Shown here in pieces: positions 20,245-29,185 of a DNA stretch of 64,000 nucleotides. Each line of letters begins with the position of its first letter. Position 1 is the first letter of the stretch. The notes below the pieces were generated by a model. That model did no database searches. It saw only the letters and a program-made list of their open reading frames with translations, and was not told where the DNA came from. Origin of the DNA: an uncultured virus (IMG/VR IMGVR_UViG_2061766007_000872) (taxonomy: Duplodnaviria > Heunggongvirae > Uroviricota > Caudoviricetes); IMG/VR virus record IMGVR_UViG_2061766007_000872; one strand, 5' to 3'. A program made the translations under genes and the position numbers.

Positions 20245-20613
20245 ATGGCAAAAAGACATGTAATTAGATATTTTTTAGAAGTAGAACATAATTATGTTGA
20301 AACAATGGAAGTTCTTAAAGAACTCCAAGAATTAGCAAATCAAGGTAAAGTTGAAGAATCTACTTATTTAAATGTAGAAAAAGATTTAGAAGTAATTAAG
20401 ACAAATTATGAAAGAATTGCTTATATCATCTTCTTACTTAATAAACCAAATAGAAGTAAGAAAGAGGCATATGAAGAGAAAATAAATAAATCTTGGTATG
20501 ATGGTCTAAAGTTTGCCTCTAAAGAAGCAATCATGGATGAATCAAGAGATGCTTTAGCACATTTTAAAGAGGTGGTCAAGGGAGTTAAGGATGGACAAAG
20601 AGAAACTAAATAA
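20245..20613 (+). CDS. hypothetical protein
   Basis: GAAAGGAAG SD downstream of AATTGTATAAT. Confidence 0.6.
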   Translation: MAKRHVIRYFLEVEHNYVETMEVLKELQELANQGKVEESTYLNVEKDLEVIKTNYERIAYIIFLLNKPNRSKKEAYEEKINKSWYDGLKFASKEAIMDESRDALAHFKEVVKGVKDGQRETK

Positions 20614-20872
20614 GTTACTTAGTGATTTAAATCTTACAAATAAAGGTAAAGAGGTAGGTGACAAATATGTCATTACAATTAATAGTAGTGATGACTTGTC
20701 CAAATTCTACACATTACTTGACAAATATGACGGTGCTGACTTAGACCCTGAAGGGCAAGTTATGTCAGACAATTCAATTGTTATGAAGTTTTTAACTGAT
20801 GATTTTGACATCACTTTAAAGGGTGACTTAGAGCAAGATATTTACAATATGGTTATTGAAGATGCGAGGTAG
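20591..20872 (+). CDS. hypothetical protein
   Basis: GGGAG SD, 93 aa. Confidence 0.6.
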   Translation: MDKEKLNKLLSDLNLTNKGKEVGDKYVITINSSDDLSKFYTLLDKYDGADLDPEGQVMSDNSIVMKFLTDDFDITLKGDLEQDIYNMVIEDAR

Positions 20873-20875
20873 TAT

Positions 20876-21607
20876 ATGGCTGATTATGTTTTAGCAATCA
20901 ATAGAGATAAAAAATTCTTAAGAGATAGAAGTGATGAAATAGTTTTGAATCCATTAGATAGACCAAGAATTGTTGGTTTAATCAATGATTTAAAAGATAC
21001 ACTTAAAGCAAATAAAGATTTAGTTGCTCTTTCCGCTCCTCAATTAGGTAAGAAAGAAAGAGTATTTGCAATTAAGTTTTCTGATGGCGACATTAGAGCA
21101 TTCATCAATCCAGCAATAATCAGAACTACTGGTATGCATCTAAGTAGAGAAAAGGCGATTGGTTTTAATGATAAAGAAGAATATCTTATTCCAAGAGCAG
21201 ATGAAGTGTTTGCAACATATCAAACACCTGACATGCTTGCTTACAAATGTGATATGAATAAATTCACTGGTGCAGTTGCTGAAGTCTTTTTACAAATGAA
21301 TGATTTACTCAATGGTATCTTATTAGAAGATGTTGGTCTTGTCATCTTGCCTGGATTTGACAAAGCATCAGAAGAAGAAAGACAAGAAATTATCTCTATG
21401 TATCTTGACTCTTTAGGTGAAAGAAAAGATGTCATTGAGAAAGTTATCAATGATAATCCAGAAGCAAAGAATATGAATAAAGCAATTGAGTTCATGACAA
21501 AGTTACAATTAGGTGAAATTGAAACAATGCCTTTAACAGAAGAAGAGATGAANNNNNNNNNNNNNNNNNNNNNAGCAAAGAGTACTTCAGATGGGCAAAA
21601 CATTTAA
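20876..21607 (+). CDS. peptide deformylase-fold protein lacking the catalytic metal ligands
   Basis: FLRDRSDEI, LINDLKDTL, VALSAPQLG, FINPAI, IPRA; EGCLS replaced by EKAIG and QHExDHLxG by LQMNDLLNG. Confidence 0.8.
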   Translation: MADYVLAINRDKKFLRDRSDEIVLNPLDRPRIVGLINDLKDTLKANKDLVALSAPQLGKKERVFAIKFSDGDIRAFINPAIIRTTGMHLSREKAIGFNDKEEYLIPRADEVFATYQTPDMLAYKCDMNKFTGAVAEVFLQMNDLLNGILLEDVGLVILPGFDKASEEERQEIISMYLDSLGERKDVIEKVINDNPEAKNMNKAIEFMTKLQLGEIETMPLTEEEMXXXXXXXXAKSTSDGQNI

Positions 21608-21989
21608 TTACAATGCTGAAATAACATATAATGATTCTATTCATATTGAGCATCAAGGGAATGTTTCTATAGAAGCAACTGATGAAGTGGGTAGAACATT
21701 CTATCTAGTTACTAGAACTGCTTTAGGTGAGACATCATGTTTAGAGTTTGGTCCTCTATATAAAGATGAGGAATTGTTACCAGAAGAAACAATGATTCAT
21801 TTTAAAAGAATTGAGTATTCAGAAAAAGAACTAAATAAGATGATTATGAAATTCTTAAGCCCTAGAACTTATGCTAAAAGGCAATTAAAGTGGAATAAAA
21901 TTGAAGTCATAGATGTAGATTTAGCATTGAGTTATGGAATTAGTCCATTTAAATATTTAAGTGAATTCAGTGCTGATTCTAACTATTAG
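21591..21989 (+). CDS. hypothetical protein
   Basis: 132-aa ORF. Confidence 0.6.
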   Translation: MGKTFNYNAEITYNDSIHIEHQGNVSIEATDEVGRTFYLVTRTALGETSCLEFGPLYKDEELLPEETMIHFKRIEYSEKELNKMIMKFLSPRTYAKRQLKWNKIEVIDVDLALSYGISPFKYLSEFSADSNY

Positions 21990-21998
21990 GAGAATAAT

Positions 21999-22238
21999 AT
22001 GGCAAAAAGAGAAAGTGTTAAAGATTTTTATGGAAGAATTATAGGAAGTATTGAAGAACTTCCAGATGGTTCAAAAGTTGCTAAAGACTTCTATGGAAAG
22101 ATTGTCGGCAGATATGATAAGTGGCAAGGTGTCACTAAAGACTTTTTCGGAAAGATTATAGGAACTGGTGATGCTACATCAAAACTGGTGTGGGATGCTT
22201 GGAGAGAAAGAGAAGATAGGATAAAGAATGGTCAATAA
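21999..22238 (+). CDS. small repeat protein (3x KDF[YF]G[RK]I[IV]G)
   Basis: AGGAG SD; three internal repeats. Confidence 0.65.
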   Translation: MAKRESVKDFYGRIIGSIEELPDGSKVAKDFYGKIVGRYDKWQGVTKDFFGKIIGTGDATSKLVWDAWREREDRIKNGQ

Positions 22239-22260
22239 ACATTGACCATTTATTTTTGTA

Positions 22261-22289
22261 TTGACTTTATTTTGTGTAAACTTTATAAT
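22261..22289 (+). promoter_or_regulatory. sigmaA-type promoter
   Basis: TTGACT-17-TATAAT. Confidence 0.8.
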
Positions 22290-22310
22290 ATAACCGAAGA
22301 GGTGAAAAGT

Positions 22311-23141
22311 ATGACACAAGAACAATTACAAGATAGAATTCAAAAAACTAATTCAAAAATTGAAAAGATTGAGAAGAGAATCAAGAAGTGGCAAAATGCT
22401 CAAACAAAAGAAGCCTTCTTAAAAGCAGATGGTTGGCTTTTAAATATGGGTAGAGATGAAGAATATCTTTGGAATGATTACATCAAGAATTGTAATAGAG
22501 AATTAGATTATGCAGTTCAAGATTTACATGATGCTCAACTTCTTCTTGATAAGTATCAAAACATGTTAGCATTAGAAGAAGCAAAAGATAATGAATTTGA
22601 AAACAATAGAATCAAAGTCATTTGGGATTTCTTACTTAACTATAAAGAACAAGTTGCTCAATTTGTTAGAGAAAATCTTTCAGTGTTAGATGAATACTAT
22701 AAAGTCAATACACAAGCATGTGATTGGCACAATAACAATAAACATAAAGTTTATCATGGTGAAATGACAAAAGAAGAATACAATAGAGTTTATAATGAAC
22801 TCTTAAGAAGAGAAGAAGAACTTAAGTCAAATATTCATCCATACACACAAGCATGTGCTAAGAAAGACTATACAAAAGAAAATAGTAAAAGATATATTGA
22901 TGAAGAGAAACTTGAAGAAATCTTATTAAAAGATTGTAAAGCAAGATACTTCCAATTAGTTGATGAAGTCACAGAGATTACAGGTGTCATTACAGATGCT
23001 CAAAATTTACACATCAGAGCATGTGAACTCAATGGCATCATTGTCGGTGAAAAAGGTAAAGCAAAAGTGCAAACTTTTAGTGCAGGTGGTTGGAACATTC
23101 AATGCTTCCATTACAGAACAAGAGTTGATAAAGTAATCTAA
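22311..23141 (+). CDS. conserved phage hypothetical protein (coiled coil plus NGIIVGEKG…AGGWNIQCFHYR C-terminus)
   Basis: GAGGTG SD, ATG at 22311 after the promoter. Confidence 0.65.
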   Translation: MTQEQLQDRIQKTNSKIEKIEKRIKKWQNAQTKEAFLKADGWLLNMGRDEEYLWNDYIKNCNRELDYAVQDLHDAQLLLDKYQNMLALEEAKDNEFENNRIKVIWDFLLNYKEQVAQFVRENLSVLDEYYKVNTQACDWHNNNKHKVYHGEMTKEEYNRVYNELLRREEELKSNIHPYTQACAKKDYTKENSKRYIDEEKLEEILLKDCKARYFQLVDEVTEITGVITDAQNLHIRACELNGIIVGEKGKAKVQTFSAGGWNIQCFHYRTRVDKVI

Positions 23142-23177
23142 TTAATTGTATAATATATAGTGAGGTATAGTATCAAT

Positions 23178-23270
23178 ATGTTAGCATTTGTAATTATGTG
23201 TACCCTTATGAGCGGTACAAGTATGTTCATCTCTTTAATCTTATTAGGTGGAGCAATTAAGTCTAAATAA
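23178..23270 (+). CDS. 30-aa hydrophobic peptide
   Basis: GAGG SD after AATTGTATAAT; MLAFVIMCTLMSGTSMFISLILLGGAIKSK; stop overlaps topA ATG. Confidence 0.45.
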   Translation: MLAFVIMCTLMSGTSMFISLILLGGAIKSK

Positions 23271-25120
23271 TGAGCGAAAGAATATTATTAATAGTTGAAT
23301 CTCCAAATAAAGTAAAAACAATTAAACAATACTTGCCATCTAACTACATTGTTATGGCAAGTTTTGGTCATATTTCACAGATTAAAGATGGAGGTTCATA
23401 TTGGAATACTGGTATTGACCCTAAAGATAATTTTAAGATTAACTTTGCAATTGATAATGACAAAGACAATAAAGATAGAGTTGCAAAACTTAAAGAGCAA
23501 GTCAAGATTGCAGACAAAGTTATCTTAGCAACAGACCCCGATAGAGAAGGTGAGGCAATCTCCTGGTCTTTGAGAAAGTTTTTAAATGTTCCTGAAAAGA
23601 AACTTGAAAGAGTTACCTTTCATGAAATTACAAAGAATGCAGTTTTAAAAGCACTTGAACATCCAAGAAAGATTGATGAGAATCTTGTTGCTTCAGCACA
23701 TACAAGAAGTGCAGAAGATAAGATTATTGGATATGTCTTTACTCCACAAGCAAGAAAAGATTGTGGTGCAAAGAGTGTTGGTAGATGTCAGAGTGCTGGT
23801 CTCATGCTTATTGTTGATAGAGATGAGGAGTTTAGAAACTTTGAATCTAAGAAGTACTATGAGTTGTGGCTCTATTTCAATAAGAGATGTGAAGAGTTTA
23901 AAGCAAAGTATATTGGTACAAAAGACACTCGTACAGACAAATTTGATGATGTCCAAGTACTTCAATCAATTGTTGATGCTTGCGAGCCTCCTTTTGTCAT
24001 TTTGAACTCTTCTACAAAAGAGAGAAAAGAATATCCAAAACCTCCATTTATTACTAGTACACTTCAACAAGAAGTATTTAATAAGTTCAAAATTAAGGTT
24101 AAAGATTGTAATGCTATTGCTCAAAGATTATTTGAAGGCATTGATGTTGGTAATAAACATGTTGCATTGATTACATATATTAGAACTGATAGTCCAGAGT
24201 TTGCTCCTGAATTTATTCCTATTCTTGAAGATTTTGTTAAGCAACATTATGGTGATGATTGGTATGCTCCAATTAGAAAGGCAAAAAAACAAGAGAATGC
24301 TCAAGATGGACACGAAGCGATTAGATGTGTTGATTTAGATATGACACCTGAAAAGTTGAGCCAATATATAAGTGATAAAACACTCCTTAAAGTATATGAT
24401 ATCATATACAGAAGAACTATTGCTACAATGATGAAGCCGTGCATTACAAATGAAACAACATACACAATAGAGTGCAATGGACATTTATTTGAATTTACTT
24501 CTAGAGAGGAGAAGTTTGATGGTTTTAAAAGAGTTTACAAATATAGTGATGCTCCTGAAAATGAAGATGAAGATAGTAAAGAATCTCGCACATCATTTAG
24601 TAGAGGTGAACAATTAAATGTCACATCATTAGATTCAGTTGAAAGGGAAACAAAACCTAGACCAAGATTTAATGAAGCAACATATGTTAAGGCACTTGAA
24701 GATTCGGGAATTGGTAGACCATCAACCTATGAAAAGACACTTGAAACTAATATAAGTCCTTCTAGAGGTTATTGTACAGTTGAGGATGGTTATCTTGTGC
24801 CTACAGAAAAAGGTATTCAAGTAGTTAAATATCTAAGAAAAACATTCCCCACAATCTTTAATATTAATTACACTCGTGAGATGGAAAAGAAACTTGATGA
24901 CATTGAGAATGGTAAAGTTGATAAGTTAACTGTCTTAAATGATTTCTATAATGAAGTTGAAAGTGAAATTAAGAAGGTTAATGCATCATCTAAAGAGAAA
25001 GAAATATCAGATGAAGTTTGTCCTCTATGCGGTGCACAAATGATAGTTAGAACAGGTCAATATGGTAAGTTCTTAGGATGTAGTAAATATCCTAAATGCA
25101 AAGGTATTAAAAAATTATAA
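23270..25120 (+). CDS. topA: DNA topoisomerase IA with a single C-terminal zinc ribbon
   Basis: IVESPNK, ATDPDREGE, SVGRCQS, ITYIRTD (catalytic Tyr), QDGHEAIR, GIGRPST, CPLC…FLGCSKYPKC. Confidence 0.95.
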   Translation: MSERILLIVESPNKVKTIKQYLPSNYIVMASFGHISQIKDGGSYWNTGIDPKDNFKINFAIDNDKDNKDRVAKLKEQVKIADKVILATDPDREGEAISWSLRKFLNVPEKKLERVTFHEITKNAVLKALEHPRKIDENLVASAHTRSAEDKIIGYVFTPQARKDCGAKSVGRCQSAGLMLIVDRDEEFRNFESKKYYELWLYFNKRCEEFKAKYIGTKDTRTDKFDDVQVLQSIVDACEPPFVILNSSTKERKEYPKPPFITSTLQQEVFNKFKIKVKDCNAIAQRLFEGIDVGNKHVALITYIRTDSPEFAPEFIPILEDFVKQHYGDDWYAPIRKAKKQENAQDGHEAIRCVDLDMTPEKLSQYISDKTLLKVYDIIYRRTIATMMKPCITNETTYTIECNGHLFEFTSREEKFDGFKRVYKYSDAPENEDEDSKESRTSFSRGEQLNVTSLDSVERETKPRPRFNEATYVKALEDSGIGRPSTYEKTLETNISPSRGYCTVEDGYLVPTEKGIQVVKYLRKTFPTIFNINYTREMEKKLDDIENGKVDKLTVLNDFYNEVESEIKKVNASSKEKEISDEVCPLCGAQMIVRTGQYGKFLGCSKYPKCKGIKKL

Positions 25121-25140
25121 TTGTATAATAAAGTGAGGTA

Positions 25141-25728
25141 ATGAAAATGATTGCAAGAAAAATTAAACCAGGTATCTTAGAGATTATTGATGTTAAAAGT
25201 CAAGATGAAATTGAATCTTATACACTTTTAGAGATTAGTGATAAAGATGCATATCTTCTTGCCACATCTGCTAATACACTTAGTAAAGATGGAAACACAG
25301 TGACTATTTGCTATACAAATGGTGATGAAGTTGATAAGATGTTTAAAGCAATTGCAAATAAGCATCAAGAAGAAAATTCAGACAACTTCATTGATGTGTC
25401 TAAGAAGTATACACTTGACAAAGATGTTAAGATTCCAGGTACAAGTTTACTCTTAAGAGATGCAAAGAATCACATCATTAAAGTTGCTTATAGAAAAACA
25501 ACAAACTCAAAAGAAGGTAATATCAATAGATTATTTGTTACAAATGATATTAGGGATAAGTTCTTCAATGATGTAAGAGTCAGTAAAAGACATTTAGAAA
25601 CAAATAAGTGGGAACTTGATACAAGAAGTAAAGCATATGCATATTGGTCAAGTTATATGAATAGAGAATATTTAAGAATAATTGACAACATAAAGGCAGA
25701 AAAGGATGAACAACATGAAAGTAAGTAA
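25141..25728 (+). CDS. hypothetical protein
   Basis: GAGG SD after AATTGTATAAT. Confidence 0.6.
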   Translation: MKMIARKIKPGILEIIDVKSQDEIESYTLLEISDKDAYLLATSANTLSKDGNTVTICYTNGDEVDKMFKAIANKHQEENSDNFIDVSKKYTLDKDVKIPGTSLLLRDAKNHIIKVAYRKTTNSKEGNINRLFVTNDIRDKFFNDVRVSKRHLETNKWELDTRSKAYAYWSSYMNREYLRIIDNIKAEKDEQHESK

Positions 25729-25882
25729 GATTTTAGATGATTTAAGTCTATGTAAAGATGTAGTTAGAGTCTTAGAAATTAGATTTGAAAACGGTGAACT
25801 TGAAGAAGATGACCTCAAAGAAGGTTTATCAAAAGTAAATAGATATTTAGACATCATTGAAAAAGATGTTGAAAATATGTAG
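25715..25882 (+). CDS. small hypothetical protein (55 aa)
   Basis: AAGGA SD; MKVSKILDDL…DIIEKDVENM fills the gap before rpsU. Confidence 0.5.
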   Translation: MKVSKILDDLSLCKDVVRVLEIRFENGELEEDDLKEGLSKVNRYLDIIEKDVENM

Positions 25883-25904
25883 CCAAGAAAGGAAGTGATG
25901 TTGT

Positions 25905-26156
25905 TTGGCTAGAGTATCATTAAATGCTCATGACTTAGAAGAAATTCGTAGGTCTGACAATCCAGCAGGTAACATCAACATGTTCCTTGATTCTATGCTT
26001 AGAAGATTCAAGAAACAAGTTGAAAGTGAAGACATTCTTTATGAATGTAAGAAAAGAGAATTCTTCTTGAAGAAATCTTTAAGACGTAAAGAGAAATCTA
26101 AACGTGCAAAGATTAGAGAAATCAAGAGAAAAAAGAAATCTGCTAGAAGATACTAA
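25905..26156 (+). CDS. rpsU: ribosomal protein bS21 homolog
   Basis: LDSMLRRFKKQV…ILYECKKREFF…RRKEKSKRA; TTG start with GAAAGGAAG SD. Confidence 0.88.
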   Translation: MARVSLNAHDLEEIRRSDNPAGNINMFLDSMLRRFKKQVESEDILYECKKREFFLKKSLRRKEKSKRAKIREIKRKKKSARRY

Positions 26157-26233
26157 ACAAAAAAGTGTTCTCACTATGCAGGGCTGAAAGGAAAAGTACC
26201 CTAACAAATAGTGAGAACACTTTAAATTTAGCA
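26157..26233 (-). ncRNA. candidate small hairpin RNA (may also act as the rpsU terminator)
   Basis: Perfect 16-bp inverted repeat at 26162-26177 / 26208-26223; TGCTAAATTTAA on the minus strand at 26222-26233; minus-strand U tract after the stem. Confidence 0.5.
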
Positions 26234-26438
26234 ATAAAGATGTGGTCACATTAATAAGACTGGTATGCTTACATCTTCAGTTGAGAACTTATTCTACGGT
26301 TTTTGTAGAGAACTCTATAACAAAGATTACAATAGAGATACAAAATCTTATCCATACAAGACAGACATTATCTCATTAAGAGACATGTTCTTAAATAGAT
26401 AATTGTATAATATATAGAGATACAGAAAGGAGATTATT

Positions 26439-26675
26439 ATGGTTCCTACATTAAGAGAGTATATTGCCAATGCACTAAACATGTTGCAACAACGCAGACA
26501 AAGACTTCAAGAAATGTCTGATAGAACAACAAATCCTCTTGATAGATTAGCATACATTGATATGATTAATGAAATTAATATGTGCTTAAGTTTATTTGAA
26601 GATTGGCAACGAGTTGCAGACGCTAATGATGAAGCATTAAAACAAAAACAAAATGCACATAAAGAAGACAAGTAG
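26439..26675 (+). CDS. hypothetical protein
   Basis: AAAGGAG SD after AATTGTATAAT at 26401. Confidence 0.6.
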   Translation: MVPTLREYIANALNMLQQRRQRLQEMSDRTTNPLDRLAYIDMINEINMCLSLFEDWQRVADANDEALKQKQNAHKEDK

Positions 26676-26704
26676 TTGACAATTTCACTTTAAAAGTGTA
26701 TAAT
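26676..26704 (+). promoter_or_regulatory. sigmaA-type promoter
   Basis: TTGACA-17-TATAAT. Confidence 0.85.
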
Positions 26705-26734
26705 GATTCCAGATATACTAGTGAGGTAGTCAAT

Positions 26735-27430
26735 ATGGAATTTGTCTTCAATGATGGTGGTAGAAGTAAATACTTCAAAGCAAGTAGTGTTGGTGATTGT
26801 GTTACAAGAGCAATTGTCAATGCTACAGGTTTAGACTACAAAGAAGTCTATGATAAACTTAATGCTGAAGCAAAGAGAGAACATAAATCAAAGAGAAGAA
26901 GAGTGAGAAGTTCCTCTAGAAATGGTGTTTTCACAGCAACAGCAAAGAGATACATTGAAAGAGATTTAGGATGGATTTGGGTTCCTTGCATGGGTATCGG
27001 TACAGGTTGCCAAGTGCATGTCAAAGCAGGTGAACTTCCTAGCAAAGGTAGTTACATTTTAAATCTTAGTAAACACTTCTCTTGTTGGAAAGATAACAAA
27101 CTTTATGATACATATGATTGTTCAAAACATGGTACAAGATGTGTCTATGGTTATTGGCGTGAACCAACAGAAGAAGAGAGACAAATGCATGAAGAAACTA
27201 AAAAGCAAGTTCAAGAGTACAAAGATTTTGTAGCAAGTGAAAAAGAAGAACTTGCTAGAAAGAAAGCAGAAGTTAAGAAATACAATGATAAGATTACTAA
27301 GAAGTATGCTAAGAGAATTAATAAACTCAGAGCACAACTTAGAAAATTAGAAAGAGAAAGAGATTCTCAATTATTAGAAATGCCTAAGCAAGAAAAAGAT
27401 TCTTGGGCTAAAAGAGGTTTCACTTTATAG
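26735..27430 (+). CDS. conserved phage protein with GDCVTRAI motif (possible papain-like fold) and coiled-coil tail
   Basis: GDCVTRAI…KHFSCW…YDTYD pattern; GAGG SD. Confidence 0.55.
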   Translation: MEFVFNDGGRSKYFKASSVGDCVTRAIVNATGLDYKEVYDKLNAEAKREHKSKRRRVRSSSRNGVFTATAKRYIERDLGWIWVPCMGIGTGCQVHVKAGELPSKGSYILNLSKHFSCWKDNKLYDTYDCSKHGTRCVYGYWREPTEEERQMHEETKKQVQEYKDFVASEKEELARKKAEVKKYNDKITKKYAKRINKLRAQLRKLERERDSQLLEMPKQEKDSWAKRGFTL

Positions 27431-27440
27431 CGGAGAAGAT

Positions 27441-27734
27441 ATGTTAGAAGATTTACCAGTACAAGCAGAGATAAAAGAGATTGATGTTGTTACTCAACAA
27501 ATTATTGTGAACAATATGATTCAAGATATTACACAAAAAGTACAGAGTCTTTGTTGCTCTGCTTGTGGTAAAGATATCTATGTATTTGGAACTGATATTT
27601 CATATGCAGAGGCTTACATGCAAGCAGTTGCATCAAGAGACAATCTACAACTAAAACTTCAAATTTGTCCTGGTTGTGGTAAAAGATTAAGATATGATTT
27701 TGACATCATAGATGGAGAGGTAGTCAATGAATAA
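27441..27734 (+). CDS. zinc-ribbon protein
   Basis: CSACG…CPGCG. Confidence 0.6.
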   Translation: MLEDLPVQAEIKEIDVVTQQIIVNNMIQDITQKVQSLCCSACGKDIYVFGTDISYAEAYMQAVASRDNLQLKLQICPGCGKRLRYDFDIIDGEVVNE

Positions 27735-28302
27735 ACTAGTTTATAGATTTAGTGATTCATTCTCACGTAGAAATTGGTTAGAAGAACAAGATATAATTAA
27801 CTATCTATATAAAGATGGTTATGTACATGTTAGACTTGATACATTTGGTAATGAAAAAGAACGTATAGTAGGATTTGAACGAAAGTTGGCATTCTACTTA
27901 ACATATGTGATGCAAAGAGAAGTGCAATCTATTTTAGACTTGCCAAGCATTAAAGAAGCACGAGATAAGAATAATTATCAAGAAATATGGAAAAAGTGCC
28001 TGGCATGTCTAAAAAATAGTAGTATATATAAAGCACTTGATAGTTACTTTGAGGAATATCTTGGACAATTTGGTTATAAAGGTATTAAGATACTTCCTGC
28101 ATATTCACTAAAGAATAAACCTAAAGATGCATTTGACTTATTAGGTGAAGTTAAAGATGTTCCCTGTCTTGCAGGTATCTCATTTAGTGAATTGTTTATA
28201 GATTCATTTGAAATCTCAATTGAAGAAGAAAGAATAGTAGACCACAGTAAGTTTGCTAGAAAACATAAAGAAAAATCAGTAAATACATATCAGTTATGGT
28301 AG
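27727..28302 (+). CDS. hypothetical protein
   Basis: GAGG SD, 191 aa. Confidence 0.6.
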   Translation: MNKLVYRFSDSFSRRNWLEEQDIINYLYKDGYVHVRLDTFGNEKERIVGFERKLAFYLTYVMQREVQSILDLPSIKEARDKNNYQEIWKKCLACLKNSSIYKALDSYFEEYLGQFGYKGIKILPAYSLKNKPKDAFDLLGEVKDVPCLAGISFSELFIDSFEISIEEERIVDHSKFARKHKEKSVNTYQLW

Positions 28303-28311
28303 AGGTGACTT

Positions 28312-28530
28312 ATGGAAAAGTTAAGAAGAATTAGAGATTTAAATATCACAACAAGTTATGTCATGATTTCTTATGCTAGAAATGGACATTTATTATATGA
28401 AGGTGTTGTTGAAGAGGTTCCTACACATCTTCTTGATTACTATGTTGATTACTTAAGTGTTAATAAGTATGCTGATAAAACATATATTGAATGTGTTGAA
28501 GATACAAAGTGGTTTGATGTTGAGGAATAA
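28312..28530 (+). CDS. hypothetical protein
   Basis: GAGGTG SD. Confidence 0.55.
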   Translation: MEKLRRIRDLNITTSYVMISYARNGHLLYEGVVEEVPTHLLDYYVDYLSVNKYADKTYIECVEDTKWFDVEE

Positions 28531-28731
28531 ANNNNNNNNNNACTATTTTTGAGGACTTATCAAAAATCTCTGGATTTTCAAATCATGAAGAACAATACTT
28601 TCATGTAAGAAGAGTTCATACATACATTTCTCCAACAACAAGAGATAGTCTTTGTGCTCATTTGACTTTTGAAGATGGCACAGAAATTACAATTCCGAAT
28701 TGCTTAAGTGTTATAACAGGAGACTATTAAT

Positions 28732-29184
28732 ATGGCAAAGGTTATTTTGAATAAAGGTTATGGAGGTTTTAGTATCTCTGCTCAAGCACATAAATTATAT
28801 GCTGAGAAATTAGGAAAAGATTTATTTTACTATGTAGGTCATTATGAAAAGCCACGGGTTGTTTATACAAAAGTTTCATTTGAAGAGTTTAGTAAGCAAT
28901 TTAATTTGTTCTACTTCTACTCTACAAAAGATTTAGGTGATTCTTTAACTAAAGGTGAATTTGCAAGAGAAGAGTATGATGAATATGAGTTGAATCTAGA
29001 TGAATCACATAGAGAAGACCCTATCTTAATTGAAGTTGTTGAAGAACTTGGTGAAGAAGAAGCAAGTGGTAGATTCGGCACATTGAAAATTGTTGAGATT
29101 CCAGATGAGTTAGCAAATGGTAACTATATGATTGATAACTATGAAGGCATTGAAGTTCTTCATGCAATAATTCAAGAGTATTAA
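28732..29184 (+). CDS. conserved phage hypothetical protein
   Basis: KVILNKGYGGFSIS…REDPILIEVVEELG…IVEIPD…YEGIE, a recurrent phage family pattern. Confidence 0.65.
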   Translation: MAKVILNKGYGGFSISAQAHKLYAEKLGKDLFYYVGHYEKPRVVYTKVSFEEFSKQFNLFYFYSTKDLGDSLTKGEFAREEYDEYELNLDESHREDPILIEVVEELGEEEASGRFGTLKIVEIPDELANGNYMIDNYEGIEVLHAIIQEY

Positions 29185-29185
29185 A

